Shown: piece after piece, positions 28,487 to 44,148 of the stretch
Layout of the letters: each line of letters starts with the position of its first letter
How positions within the stretch are numbered: the first letter of the stretch is position 1
Assembly (NCBI GenBank): GCA_964016885.1
Contig: OZ024743.1
Coordinates: 180,420,001 to 180,484,000, forward strand
DNA from: Eledone cirrhosa
Taxonomy: Eukaryota
Direction of reading: 5' to 3'
DNA: 64,000 nucleotides
The notes under the pieces: generated by a model
Database searches by the model: none
Seen by the model: the letters and a program-made list of their open reading frames with translations, nothing else
What the model was told of the DNA's origin: nothing
Translations under genes and position numbers: made by a program

Positions 28487-29439
28487 TAGACATGAAAAAT
28501 GCGCAAGCTCAAAAGTGCCACAGAATGTTATTATAAACCTTCAAAAGTGTGGGACTAGAGTTGTTGCTAAAAAATATTGTAATCATTATATATCGTACAT
28601 TCTGTGGCATCCTTTATAAAAATAGCTTAAACCAACGAAGCCTTTATTTTTACGCTATTTCACTTAGTTAATTCTTAGAGTGTAACATATAAAAATATCA
28701 TTTACAACTATAAAATAAATTAATTAATATAATAACAGAGCTGCGGAGCTGAAATTTAGGAAATAATGGAGTATCGGATCCTGAGTTGGAGCCAGTCAAT
28801 TTTTGGCCGACTCCGCAGCCCTGTATAATACATTTCATATTAAAGTTATTAATAAACCTATTTTACACTTCATGCAAATTACCACGAGATATTGATATTA
28901 GATATAAGATACAGCGCAATATCTACAGCTGTAAAAGTACGAAAGCGAAGTAATAATAAGTGGCTTAAGGTAATTCCAATATGAAAGTTTGTAGTGATAA
29001 AAATTTGATAATGCAATACGATTGTTAATATTATAGTTCTATGAAAATGTAACAATAGATAACTAAATTATTTTACTATTAGTATATTTAAGAAATTATC
29101 ATTATAGATTTGATCGTTCATATAAGCATCATATTAAGTTTCAACACAATTATTTTGTTACTATGAGTATATGATAATAATATTACGTAATTATTTATAG
29201 CTGTTATTACATTAAACATAGATGTATTTATTTTTATATGTTACACTCTAAGAATTAACTAAGTGAAATAGCGTAAAAATAAAGGCTTCGTTGGTTTAAG
29301 CTATTTTTATAAAGGATGCCACAGAATGTACGATATATAATGATTACAATATTTTTTAGCAACAACTCTAGTCCCACACTTTTGAAGGTTTATTATAACA
29401 TTCTGTGGCACTTTTGAGCTTGCGCATTTTTCATGTCTA
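28487..29439. repeat. Foldback element with ~210-bp near-perfect inverted arms (28487-28697, 29229-29439)
   Basis: The arms are reverse complements. The spacer is AT-rich. Confidence 0.85.
28736..28823. mobile_element. 88-bp hAT-type MITE
   Basis: Ends CAGAGCTGCGGAG and CTCCGCAGCCCTG. Flanks tataataa / tataatac resemble an 8-bp TSD. Confidence 0.6.
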
Positions 29440-31707
29440 TTTTTTTAAGGCAACGCTTGTAATAACTCTAGTTAAACAGGATATATATTAATAATAAATT
29501 ATCGTTGTAATGTAATTAGATTATGTAATTGTTATTATAAATTATCTTATAAATATTAGTGTAAGATGTATAAAAATATTTTCAGACTTTTAATATAAAC
29601 AACTACAAAAAACAATCAATATTAAATCAATATATTATACATAATAGAAAACATAAAATATACAATACAAAAACAAACTATTTACATACAATTGCAATTA
29701 TCAGTGTATATACATTTTCTTTATATTCCCTGAGCAAATTAATAAGATTTGTTTTTATTGTACATAATTTGATGACTTGTTGGAGTGTATTAAAAGATAG
29801 CAACAATTTGTGATTAAATTGTTATCTTAAGCAACTCACTTTTTAATAGTTGTTGGCTGAGCGAAATTGTAAAAGCCTATGAGCAAATATAAAAAAAAAT
29901 ACACAAACAACATTTCCTTGTGTTATTACAACATTAGATAAAATAATTGAGCAATGTCGTTATATTTTGCTCTTATTGCACATTAATAGTGTTTCTATTT
30001 TTCGGCACAAATCCATTACGGCAGTCCATTACTGGTACTTTATTTTATCGAATTAGTAAGTATGAAAGTCGAAGTTAACCTCGGCAGGATTTGAACTTAG
30101 AATGCAAAGGACCATAACAATACTGCAAAGCATGGTGTCTGACGCTCTACCAATACTTGTGTTGAGCTGGTCATTAATTTATGGTGGTCGTGCGTGGAGT
30201 AGAGCAATCGCTAGTTGAAATATTATGAACAAAACATTTTATAAAGTTATATTCCTGTTTCTTTAAAGAACATTTCATTTTTGTTCTATTGTAGGCGAAA
30301 TAATGCAATGGTTTAATAGGGAAGATATAACTTACGAATTATGTCTCTAACCGTGTAACGCTTTTTAAGTAGATAACTACAATTGAAAATACTAAAGAAA
30401 TGGAACCAACAATTCAATTTGAAAGTCGTCTAGTGACAGTGTATTACTGGTACTTTATTTTATCGACCCCGTAACGATGAAAGGCAAAAATGCAAATGCT
30501 TAAAATTTAAATTGCCTTAATTCTATCGTCTGCTGTTTCATTAAAGGGAGATTATCGTCTGTATTTAATTCTATCGTCTACTGTTCCACTAAACAGATAT
30601 ACCTCCACTATCGTCTCTATTTATACATTTTAACTTATAACTTATACACATTTGATTTGAAATATTTTATCTAGTCCCCCCTCTCAATATTATGATGATT
30701 TCTTTCGAATGAAACAGTTCTAGTCCTGTAGAAACCATTTATATATATAATTGAACTGAGTTAAAAATTCACAATATTTATAATTAAATAAGCTCATATA
30801 TATATGTGTGTATTTATCTGTTTATTGTATTATATATAATGTGTGTATATACAGGATGTCCCCCAAAAATATATACACACTTCAACAGCATTCTAATAAC
30901 TATTGCCTGTACAGGTAATCAAAGTGTCAATCGAATGTTAGTTTCGTGTTTTAACAGTACAAATTTACAATACACACATAAAACCAGTGTATATACATAC
31001 ATGAGTGTGTATACACATACATGAATGTGTATATACAATATATATGTATATATATATAGACACATATATTCACGGTGCAACGGTACATTAAAATATAGAT
31101 GCGGGAGAGGGGGGTGTATATATAGGGGCGCTGGGGATAAAGGAGTGTAAAGCGTGTGTAATTGATATATTGAAGGAGAGGAGCGTGCAGCGATAGAGTA
31201 ACAAATATATAGAGAGGGGGAGAGATGGTATTGAAGGGGAGGAGTGCAAAGCGAAAGAGTAAGAGATATATATAGAGACGGAACAGATAGAGAGAAACAG
31301 GCGTAAGTAACAGTGGAAGAGATATAGAGAGAGGTACTCTGATTGGTTGAAAATTAGCCAATGACATACGATCACCACCACCACGGCTATCCCCGAAAAA
31401 TTTTTAAAGAAGCTAGGCATATATGTTAGAACACGAAAAGTGAACATTCTGTTGTTTCACACTTTTCGTGTTCTAACAGATATATATATTATAAATATAC
31501 AACAGTAATGAAGCATGGATTACAGGTTAAATTATAGTCTAGATGGATGAGAAACAAATAGAGGGTGTAGTTTATGGAACACCCAAATGATTTAGAAGTC
31601 AACCTTAAGTAGGAGCAATAACATTAAGAAAGACATGAACAACACCAAATGATTTGTTTTGAAAATTTTGATAGTAGGTTTATAAGTATAATTGTCGTAA
31701 GCTTTTC

Positions 31708-31934
31708 GTAGTTGTCTCAGTGACCTAGCGGTAGGTATTAGAGACGGTGGATACCCTGGCCTTGGGTTCAATCCTGGTCAAGTGGTCCATGTTATTTATT
31801 TCAGTTTATATTTTAAAATCCATAGAATAAAACTGAAAAGGTTTACCGGGAACCCTACTCCCGACCATGATCGAACTTCAGTCCAGGATCAACACCGTCT
31901 ATGATTCCTCCAACTAGGTCACCGAGACAGCTAC
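31708..31934. repeat. Inverted pair of tRNA-like heads
   Basis: GTAGTTGTCTCAGTGACCTAG..GGTTCAATCC on the + strand is mirrored by CTAGGTCACCGAGACAGCTAC. Confidence 0.55.
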
Positions 31935-32089
31935 AAAGATATATCATTCTATATGTAGGTAAACAATATTTTTAGACCCAGTCCGCCACTGTATATATAT
32001 GTGTATGTGTGTGTGGTATATTAGATAGAAGACTATTATCATTTTGAAGGATTTGGGGCATTTCCTACTATGTTTAAGAACTATATATA

Positions 32090-32188
32090 CAGGGTGTCCC
32101 GAAAAATGTATGCACACTTCAACAGCACGCTAATAAATATTACCTGCACACGTAATCAGTGTGTCTAAACATTTTTGGAGACATCCTG
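32090..32188. mobile_element. Tc1/mariner-type MITE
   Basis: TA-CAGGGTGTCCCGAAAAATGT...ACATTTTTGGAGACATCCTG-TA. A partial copy lies at ~30852-30930. Confidence 0.7.
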
Positions 32189-32194
32189 TATGTA

Positions 32195-33074
32195 CGAGGT
32201 GAGTCAGAAAAGTTGCAGGACTGATGTCACAAAAGATTTATTTCAAACCTAAACTTCACACTAAAAGTTTTCTCCTTTAAAGTAATCCCCCTGGAGTATG
32301 TAACTGTAATCTTAGCTCTCTGCAGCGATCAAACCTTTTTCTTCATAATTTTATATACATGTCCTCTGTTTCAGGTCGTTAAGCAATTAGCACAGAGCAA
32401 CGAACAAACTTGAAAACTCCGTCAGAAGCACTGGGATTTCTGCAGCAAGTGTATAGAGATGAAACGATGTCACGCTCGCGTGTTTTTGAGTGATGCAAGA
32501 TGTTTAAAGAAGGACGCGAGGACGTGGAAGATGACCCCATGAGCGGAAGGCTCTCAACAACCAGGACTAAGGTCAACGTTCAGCGCGTCAGGCAGATGGT
32601 GCGTAGCGATCGTCGGCTGACTGTTCGACCGAATGCAAATGAGCTGGGCATAAATAGGGACAGAGTCTGGAATATTCTCACTGAAGATTTGGACATGCGG
32701 ATAATCTGCGCGAAGATGGTGCCAAAACTGCTGAATGATGAATAGAAGGGTCGACGCATGCAAGTGTTCCAGGACATCCTCGAGCATCTTGAAACCGAGC
32801 CAGACTTGCTGGGGACAGTCATCACCGGTGATGAGTCATGGATCTTCGAGTACAAACCGGAGGGGACCCGTTTTGAAGAAGTAGACGACAATAAAAAGGC
32901 CGTGACGACGGAACTGCGGAGGATCCTGGAGTGCATGCAAGCGTGGCAGAAAAGGATGGAAAAGTGCATTAGACTCGAGGGGGATTACTTTGAAGGAGAA
33001 AACACGTAGTGTGAAGTTTGGGTTTGAAATAAATCTTTTGTGACATCAGTCCTGGAACTTTTCTGACCCACCTC

Positions 33075-33075
<1 letters not shown>
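32195..33075 (+). mobile_element. Internally deleted mariner transposon (transposase pseudogene)
   Basis: TA target duplication; TIRs CGAGGTGAGTCAGAAAAGTT / AACTTTTCTGACCCACCTCG. Peptides FKEGREDVEDDP.SGR, AKMVPKLL, ITGDESWIF and CI..EGDYFE are present, with stops and loss of most of the catalytic domain. Confidence 0.92.
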
Positions 33076-33112
<37 letters not shown>

Positions 33113-33596
33113 GTTTCTACCTTTGGCACAAGGCCAGCAATTATCCCAATGCATTACTGGTACTTTATTTCATTGACCCCGTAAGGATAAAAGGCAGAGT
33201 TAACCTCGGAAGAGGATATATGTATAATAAGAGAGAGAGAGATATATATAGAAAGAGACACAGAGAGTTTGGATACAGATTATTAGATGTCGATAGCTGG
33301 AGCGTGGTGGGCTCAATGCTTGGGTTAGCTAAATCATTTCTATAGTTAGCGTATGCAAATTTTTCATAAAGGAACTTTCAACTCAGTGACCGTGCAGTTA
33401 CCTCCCTTGGCTATTATACCCCTTTTTATAGTGACCATTGTATGCTGTTTACAATGCACTACGATGTGAATTCCGCAATTCTTCAGACACCGCTACGAAT
33501 GTATTTTCACCCAGCTTGGCTGGTTATATTGACTTTGATAGACATTTGTACTAACAAATATACTTTCTCTGAAGAGCCTGCATTATTATATTGACA

Positions 33597-34090
33597 GGCG
33601 GAGGTTAACTTTGCCTTTCATCCTTACGGGGTCGATAAAATAAATAAAGTACCAGTAATGTACTGGATAATTGCTGGCCTTGTGCCTAAAATAGAAACAA
33701 TGATTATATTGGCAGTGGATTGGCAGTATCGGTAGAGGGTCGGACGCCATGCTTTGCAGCAAAGAGTTACGACTCTTTATGATCTGAGTTCAAATCCCGC
33801 CGAGGTTAACTTTGCCTTTCATCCTTACAGGGTCGATAAAATAAAGTACCAGTAATGTACTGAGTAATTGCTGGCCTTGTGCCCAAAGTAGAAACAATTA
33901 TTATGTTGGCAGTATCGGTAGAGGGTCGGACATGCTTTCCAGCATAGTTACTTCCCTTTACGATCTGAGTTCAAATATCCCGCCGCGGTTAACTTTGCCT
34001 TTCATCCTTACGGGGTCGATAAAATAAAGTACCAGTAATGTACTGGGTAATTGCTGGCCTTGTGCCAAAAGTAGAAAAATTATTATTATT
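33597..34090 (+). mobile_element. Three head-to-tail SINEs of the dominant family
   Basis: Repeated TGGCAGTATCGG (A box), GAGTTCAAATCC (B box), core and GGCCTTGTGCC.AAAGTAGAAAC tail. Confidence 0.85.
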
Positions 34091-34767
34091 ATGATTTATT
34101 AATGTGGGTGAAACATCATGTAAGAATTATATAAATATTTTGTTGTAACGACTTGCGACACCTACATTTATTCATTTGCTTATATATATATGTGTGTGTG
34201 TGTGTGTGTGGGTGTGGGTGTGGGGGTGTGTGTGTGTGTGTGTGTGTGTGTGCATACATATGTATATGTATGTATATACATATATATATATATATATTAG
34301 ATATATATTAGATATATATATATATATTACATATATATTATATATATATCTATATATATATATATATATATGAATTAATACCCAATTCAAGTCGCGCTGA
34401 TGGAAATAAAATAGAAATTTCTTAATGGATTTAATGACATTTAGCTTCAAATATGCTGGTAGGCATTAAACAGTTCCACTACGAGGAGAGGTTTTTGAAT
34501 TGTAGATGTTCAGGTTTGTCTTAAAATGTGGCAATAATAACAACAGATTATGCAAACGTTGTTCAAATTTATTGTTCCCATTATACAAATCTTGATCACA
34601 TTAATGAAGCAATATTTCATTCTCAAGATAATAATACCCCTATTATTTTTAAAATTATTTATAACTACCATCTATAAATTGGAAAGAAAAGAAATTTGTT
34701 GAAAAATAATTGTAACAGGTTTATATATATATGTAAATGTATATATACATGTATATGTACATATGTG

Positions 34768-34801
<34 letters not shown>

Positions 34802-34834
34802 TATATACATATATATCTATATATCTCTATATAT

Positions 34835-34940
<106 letters not shown>

Positions 34941-35876
34941 ATATGTGAATGCGTATGTATGTGCATGTGTGTGTATGTATGTGTGTATGTCTGTGTATGT
35001 GTATGTGTATGTATGTGTAAGTATGTATGTCTTTGTATGTGTGTATGTGTGTATATGTATGTGTCTGTGTATATGTCTGTGTGTGCAGTAGTAAAATAGG
35101 AACACGTCTTGTTATATTGCTCCTTGTTTTTCTTTTTGTGATTTAAAATTTTCAAAATAATTTTTTTTTTTTTTCCTATGAAATATTAATATGTATGGAT
35201 ATGGCTTTCAATTTATAATGTTTCTCACTTTACAATTTCTTCATATTAAAATTGCAGATTTTGAACAGAAACAATAGGAAGAAAGGATTTGCTCAAATAT
35301 GCACCTACCATAATGTCCTAAGTATTCTGAGATTTATGGGAGTAAAATTGATATAAATTATAGCTTTTAGGGCATAAATATTATATTGCTTATAGATCAG
35401 AAAAATTTATCACATAATCAAATGATGTTTCAATGAATTCCGATATAAAATAGTATCAATATATGCTTATTGTTAATATAAACACTAAGTCCTGGTATTT
35501 CTGGAAAATGCTAGTTTTAGGTCTTTGTGTTCTGTTTGCTTTCAAGTTTGACTTTAAAATGTTAAGTTGCATTCCTATTGAATATATATTTTTTTTAGAT
35601 TCAATTCATGATTGATCAAATAAAGATCATATTCTCTTACAAGAAAAATATTTTTCGTATCTAAGAGAAGAATCTTAAATCATGGAAGTAAAATCTACGA
35701 CTTCGTTTGAATCCATTGATGTAAACCAGTTGTACTTTTTGGGTAAATGTATTCGATGTTCACAGAGTGGGATTGGCTCTGTGCACAGGCTTTCCTCATT
35801 TATAAAAGCTTCTTAAGTATCAAGCGATAGCATTAATCGACATCGAGTTGCTACCATCATTATCATATATTTATTA

Positions 35877-35928
<52 letters not shown>

Positions 35929-36054
35929 TTGTGTGTGTGTGTGTGCGTGTGTGTGCGTGTGTTAAGTATTTTCGAAGAATAAGCGAAGGACAAAAGAGTG
36001 CTCTATGTATAAAACAGAGCTATTTATTTTCTAAATAAATAAATAAAAAATAAA

Positions 36055-36098
<44 letters not shown>

Positions 36099-36254
36099 CG
36101 TTACAACAGTGTTAACTGGCTGTGTCGTTTGGGGTGTATAACCCAACGAAACATAAGTGTCTGAATATGTCACTGTTGTAACTAATTACAATGTTGTAAT
36201 TCTTCTGGACTGAATGCTTTTACCCTTGGATATTTCTACCAAACTTGTACTGCA

Positions 36255-36330
<76 letters not shown>

Positions 36331-36332
<2 letters not shown>

Positions 36333-36670
36333 TGTTTCAGAAGATCCCGTTAAGGGTGAAAGCAGTGATTCTTTGCTTAAATTTTAATCTATTATTTATT
36401 TATATATATATAAAACCTCGCAAAACTATATATATATATTTATTAAAATAACAGATTAAAGTTTAAGCAAAGAATCGCTGCTTTCACACTTAACGGGATC
36501 TTCTGAAACGAGTTTCAGAAGATCCCGTTAAGGGTGAAAGCAGCGATTCTTTGCTTAAACTTTAATCTGTTATTTTAATAAATATTTGCTCTTCGGTTCT
36601 TATATATCTGATATATATTTTCCTTATCGAGCCCTCTTTGGATTTTAGTCTTCAATTTTATTATTATTAC
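36331..36670. mobile_element. Nested inverted PLE-A terminal fragments (+,-,+)
   Basis: 36334-36400 (+), 36440-36509 (-) and 36511-36670 (+) all match the PLE-A 3' end at 51455-51615. Confidence 0.8.
36511..36561 (+). ncRNA. Variant-core (U4A) type I hammerhead motif of PLE-A
   Basis: AGTTT-CAGAAGA-TCCC GTTAA GGGT-GAAA-GCAG CGATTCT TTGC-TT-AAACT. All three stems form. Confidence 0.6.
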
Positions 36671-37039
36671 TATATATATATATATATATATATATAAATG
36701 AGAGGTATAGAGATTGTTTTAGCAAGAAGCTAACGGCATTCTATAACATATATGCGACTATAACGTCAAGATGGGAAAAGTAGTTAACGAAAGATTTAGG
36801 AAAAATAACTCAAACTCATCTCAAAAGAGAATCAGGATATAAATTCATCCACAGAATTTAGTAAAATCCAGGGAAAATCTATAGACCTTTAACTCATGAT
36901 AAAATAAAGTCTGAAACACTTATCCTTCAATTTGGAATAACATCAAATGCTCTGTATAGTCTTAAAAGACTAATATATATATAGTTTTGCGAGGTTTTTT
37001 ATATGAAATCGTGTGTCGAAACAAATATTGTTATACTTG

Positions 37040-38249
<1,210 letters not shown>

Positions 38250-38255
38250 TATATA

Positions 38256-38304
<49 letters not shown>

Positions 38305-38326
38305 TATATATATTTATATATATATA

Positions 38327-38405
<79 letters not shown>

Positions 38406-38562
38406 TATATATTTATATACATATATATATATATATGTATGTATATATATACATACTACTGTAGGTCTGTATACATATATCTATGTACGTATACATACAT
38501 ACTTACATTTAAGTAAGTGCCGTACTAAGAGTGACAAATGAAATTTCGTTTCATTCTATTCC

Positions 38563-38654
<92 letters not shown>

Positions 38655-38932
38655 GGAATAGAATGAAACGAAATGTCATTTCTCATTCTTAGTACGGCAC
38701 TTACTTAAATGTAAGTATGTATGTATACGTACATACATATATGTATACAGACGTACAGTAGTATGTATATATATACATACATGCACACATATATATATGC
38801 ACGTATCGGTTTACCGAACATTTATTATAATGCTCGGTTTGTTTGTTTGTAAACAAACAAACAAACAGCCCGAATTACGCCGTACTGTGTTTAGGCGACC
38901 ACGTCACCTTTTTGTTCAACACTGACACAGGA

Positions 38933-38975
38933 ACGATGTACTAGTTTCAAGCTTATTAGCTATCGTCAGCATCGT
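38933..38975 (-). ncRNA. Type I minimal hammerhead ribozyme (same family as 27364)
   Basis: Reverse complement reads ACGATG-CTGACGA-TAGCT AATA AGCTT-GAAA-CTAG-TA-CATCGT. Perfect 6-bp stem I. Confidence 0.85.
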
Positions 38976-39169
38976 ATACCTTCCTGCCAGAGCTGTTTGT
39001 TTGTTTACAAACAAACCGAGCATTATCATAAATGTTCGGTAAACCGATACGTGTATATATATATGTGTGCATGTATGTATATATATACATACTACTGTAC
39101 GTCTGTATACATATATGTATGTACGTATACATACATACTTATATATATCTATCTATCTATCTAAGGCGG

Positions 39170-39400
39170 GTAAAATTCCCGAGATCCATGGACGAGTTCT
39201 CTCCAGCGGTCTCTGTCCCTCATTATCGCTGCCATGTCCTGTATCTCCAACAGATCAGTGTCTGTTCTTAGGGCATCAACATACCTTAACCTTGGTCTTC
39301 ATCTTCTAGTGACACAGAGGAGACTGAGGTTAGCTGGACATGCTCACCGACATCCAGAGTTGACATTGCACTCAGTACTCCTTTGGGAGCCCCTACATGG
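39170..39400 (+). mobile_element. RTE-clade LINE fragment
   Basis: QRRLRLAGHAHRHPEL..SVLLWEP.HG. Confidence 0.6.
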
Positions 39401-39499
39401 ACTTATATATATATATATATATTATAATAACAGATTAAAGTTTAAGCAAAGAATCACTGCTTTCACCCTTAACGGGATCTTCTGAAACAGTCATAGGGC

Positions 39500-39558
<59 letters not shown>

Positions 39559-39602
39559 TGACGAAACATAAGTCAATTGCATGAACTCATAATCCTTTAT
39601 TT

Positions 39603-39658
39603 ACTGCTATATATATTTCGATGATAGCCATTGAATGGCTATGACCTCATCAGGCAGT
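39603..39658 (-). ncRNA. Type I minimal hammerhead ribozyme (same family as 28023)
   Basis: Reverse complement reads ACTGC-CTGATGA-GGTC ATAGCCAT TCA ATGGCTAT CATC-GAAA-T ATAT A-TA-GCAGT-AAATAAA. Confidence 0.85.
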
Positions 39659-40312
39659 TAGTCAGTTCTTAGATATGCCAGCTCTGTGTTTATATTGTTG
39701 ATGTTATCAGAGCCTTAGGACATATGAGCTTGGTAGGAATAATTTAATGTTGTCAGCAGGAATAGTCTTAATTCTCATTGGTCAGTTTGTAGATGGTAGT
39801 GGGGTTGGTATTTGACCTCAAAGAAGCAGGTGGTGTTGTAAAGATCAAACCGTCAGGCAAGATGACAATAGTTCCATATGGGTGATTTTCACAAAAAGCA
39901 TTCCTGATCAGATATATATTCAATTAAGGTTAATAGTATGAAATAGATACTACAGGTCATTCTTAAATTGAGGGATTCATGTGGAGTGGTGCTACTGAAA
40001 ATTATGGTTAGAGTAGAAAATTTACAAAAAAAACTTATGTAGGTTGCCTTGCACGTACACTCACACCCAGCTCCACAGACACACATACGCATCCACACAC
40101 ACAAATTGAGGAATTAATGTTGGGTGGTAATACTGAAAATAATGGTTAGAGTCAAATAATTAGATAGTTTAGAGAAATTAGAATAACAAGGCTTAGGTTG
40201 GTTGACTTGTACATACACTCACACCTACCCCCTCAGACACACATACATAAAATACACACACATAAAATATAAATACATATATATATATATATATAAAATA
40301 TATATATATAAA

Positions 40313-40345
<33 letters not shown>

Positions 40346-40619
40346 CATAAAATACACATATATACAGATATAAAACATATATATATATACAGAGCCCTAT
40401 GACACCATCAGGAGTTACGGGACCATGAATGCCTATAATGTGTGTATGTAGAAGATTTTAAGAGAGAGAAACAAGGCATAATTACATCTTCGTTCTATAA
40501 TTTCTCCGTGCTAACTCCCAATATAAATAGTGTTATTCATAGACGGTTGTGATTTGCAATACATTGCAGGAGAAGTAAACAGGTAATTTTATTTAAGATA
40601 CTATTGAAGGAAATAACTC

Positions 40620-40780
40620 ACAGGAGATGCAGTAGTTGAAGGCCTGCTCGAACATTCATCAATCAACTCTTAGTCGATACAAACCTCAATATAGAAGCAA
40701 TGGAAAATCGTGAATTGTGGAGAGAATTGTGGAGGGACTTTGTCAGGAATGTTCGACTGTGGTCGCAATGATGATGATGA
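40620..40780 (+). mobile_element. RTE-clade LINE 3' end remnant
   Basis: RPARTFINQLLVDT..AMENRELWRE, followed by (ATG)n. Confidence 0.55.
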
Positions 40781-41027
40781 GAATAGCAAATGGAAAGGTG
40801 CAGTGTTCAAGAATTTTAAAGAGGCTGTAACAGTATAACTGAAATAAATATACTTTGTAAGCTAATATCAAAACAGTGTAAATCTCGGCACATCTCTTAT
40901 TCCCAGCATAATCGTAATATATATATACAGAAGTTATATTTAATTTGTTGTGATTCAACAAGTTTAAAAGTTTTATAACTGATATAAAGCACTGAACAGT
41001 TTACTGGAGTAAATATTCAATATATTA

Positions 41028-41203
41028 ATTGTTTCTACTTTAGGCACAAGGCCAGCAATTATCCAGTGCATTACTGGTACTTTATTTAATCGACCCCGTA
41101 AGGATGAAAGGCAAAGTCAACCTCGGCGGGATTTGAACTCAGATCGTAAAGGGACGTAACTATGCTGGAAAGCATGGCGTCCGACCCTCTACCGTTACTG
41201 CCA
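41028..41203 (-). mobile_element. Full-length SINE of the dominant family
   Basis: Reverse complement of the unit at 33710-33900. Confidence 0.85.
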
Positions 41204-41356
41204 TAATAATGGAAACTATATTTGTAAAACCATATTTATAAAACCATATTTGTAAAACCATATTTATAAAACCATATTTATAAAACCATCCAGCGAACCT
41301 TCAACCGTCAAGGTTGTTTTTCTACGGGTATGTCAACATTTATAAAACAAATTTTG

Positions 41357-41421
41357 TATTTTATCTGATGAAAGCGCACCAAAACTGCCTTGGTTTCCCT
41401 TGAAATATATATAATAAAATA
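41357..41421 (+). ncRNA. Type I minimal hammerhead ribozyme
   Basis: TATTTTAT-CTGATGA-AAGCGC ACCAA..TTGGT TTCCCTT-GAAA-T ATAT A-TA-ATAAAATA. An inverted copy of the downstream terminus, with 15-bp stutters, lies at 41208-41289. Confidence 0.75.
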
Positions 41422-42289
41422 ATTATGGTTTTATAAATATAGTTTCCATTTATTAATATATTGATTATATATATATGTATATGTATGTGTGTATCTGTGT
41501 ATGTGTCTGCATGTCTGAGTGTATAATATGTTTGTCATCGATTGTATTACTTATACCTGATATATAACAGCTGCGTTAGTGATACAGAATGGAGATAAAC
41601 TATAGTATATACCTCGAATTTGAAATCAGAACATCACGGGACATAATTCAATAATATAAACCATTCACTCAGAGATTCTATAATTTGACTCTAAATTAAA
41701 AGACAATATAACAATATAAATGTTTTGTTTTTATAGGAAGCTCTCAACTTAACATACAGATATGTTTTTTGTTTGGCAGTATTGTATACTGAAGGATATA
41801 AAATATTTTAAAAAACTTGCAATAACAGTCAGAAATCTAATTTTAGTTACAGAGACATATATTTTCATTACTATTTTTCTTTTTCTTTTTTTTTTTATTT
41901 GTTTATTGTCTTTGCTTCTTTGTTACTTTATTAATAGTTGTTTTCCAGACATATTTACATTAACATGGCAAACGTATTCGATGTATTTTTATTTAAGTCG
42001 TCAAAAAGCGTTGTATTTTATACCAGCAGAAGTTGTCAGAAAAAATGGTAAGCGCTTCCGTTGTTGGCGCCTTGCATAAGAGTAAATTTCTTCTTTTTTT
42101 TAATCGAAGATTCCATTTATAGTTTATACATCAGGAATGTGGAAACTTCAAAAATGTGTGTTAAGCAAAGTGCTATCTTTTAAAACAAAAAATAATCCTC
42201 ATACAACATACAAACTATATGATATTACGTTTACGTAAAAGGTATTTTTTAAAACAAAAGAACCAATACTCAGAAATATTTTGTCTGGT

Positions 42290-43070
<781 letters not shown>

Positions 43071-43072
43071 TG

Positions 43073-44148
43073 CTTTAGTCAAAAATACGGTGAAAGCTAT
43101 TCTATTTTCTAATTTAAAACCTGCTCAATGTTTCAAAACATACTTACTTGTCATTTATACTCGCTAAGAATGTAGCTTCTAATTTGAATAGAAGGGGATG
43201 GGTGATGTGTTGGTGTAATGGTAGCACAGTGGTCTGGATAACCAAAGATATGGGTTCGACTCCCATGTACGTCAATACTCATCTTTTTCCATTTATCTGA
43301 GATTTCTAAACCCCATTATCAGACTAAAATTTCTTTAGTCAAAAATACGGTGAAAGCTATTCTATTTTCTAATTTCAAACCTGCTCACTGTTTCAAAACA
43401 TACTTACTTGTCATTTATACTCGCTAAGAATGTAGCTTCTTATTTGAATGGAAGGAGATGGGTGATGTGTTGGTGTAATTGTAGCACAGTGGTCTGGATA
43501 ACCAAAGATATGGGTTCGACTCCCATGTACGTCAATACTCATCTGTTTCCATTTATCTGGGGTTTCAAAACCCCATTATCAGACTAAAATTTCTTTAGTC
43601 AAAAATACGGTGAAAGCTATTCTATTTTCTAATTTCAAACCTGCTCACTGTTACAAAACATACTTACTTGTCATTTATACTCGCTAAGAATGTAGCTTCT
43701 AATTTGAATGGAAAGAGATGGGTGATGTGTTGGTGTAATGGTAGCACAGTGGTCTGGATAACCAAAGATGTGGGTTCGACTCCCATGTACGTCAATACTC
43801 ATCTTTTTCCATTTATCTGCGGGTTCTAAACCCCATTATCAGACTAAAATTTCTTTAGTCAAAAGTACGGTGAAAGCTATTCTATTTTCTAATTTCAAAC
43901 CTGCTCACTGTTTCAAAACATACTTACTTGTCATTTATACTCGCTAAGAATGTAGCTTCTAATTTGAATGGAAGGAGATGGGTAATGTTGGTGTAATGGT
44001 AGCACAGTGGTCTGGATAACCAAAGTTGTGGGTTCGACTCCCATGTACGTCAATACTCATCTTTTTCCATTTATCTGAGGGTTCTAAACCCCATTGTCAG
44101 ACTAAAATTTCTTTAGTCAAAAATAGGTAAAAGCTATTCTATTTTCTA

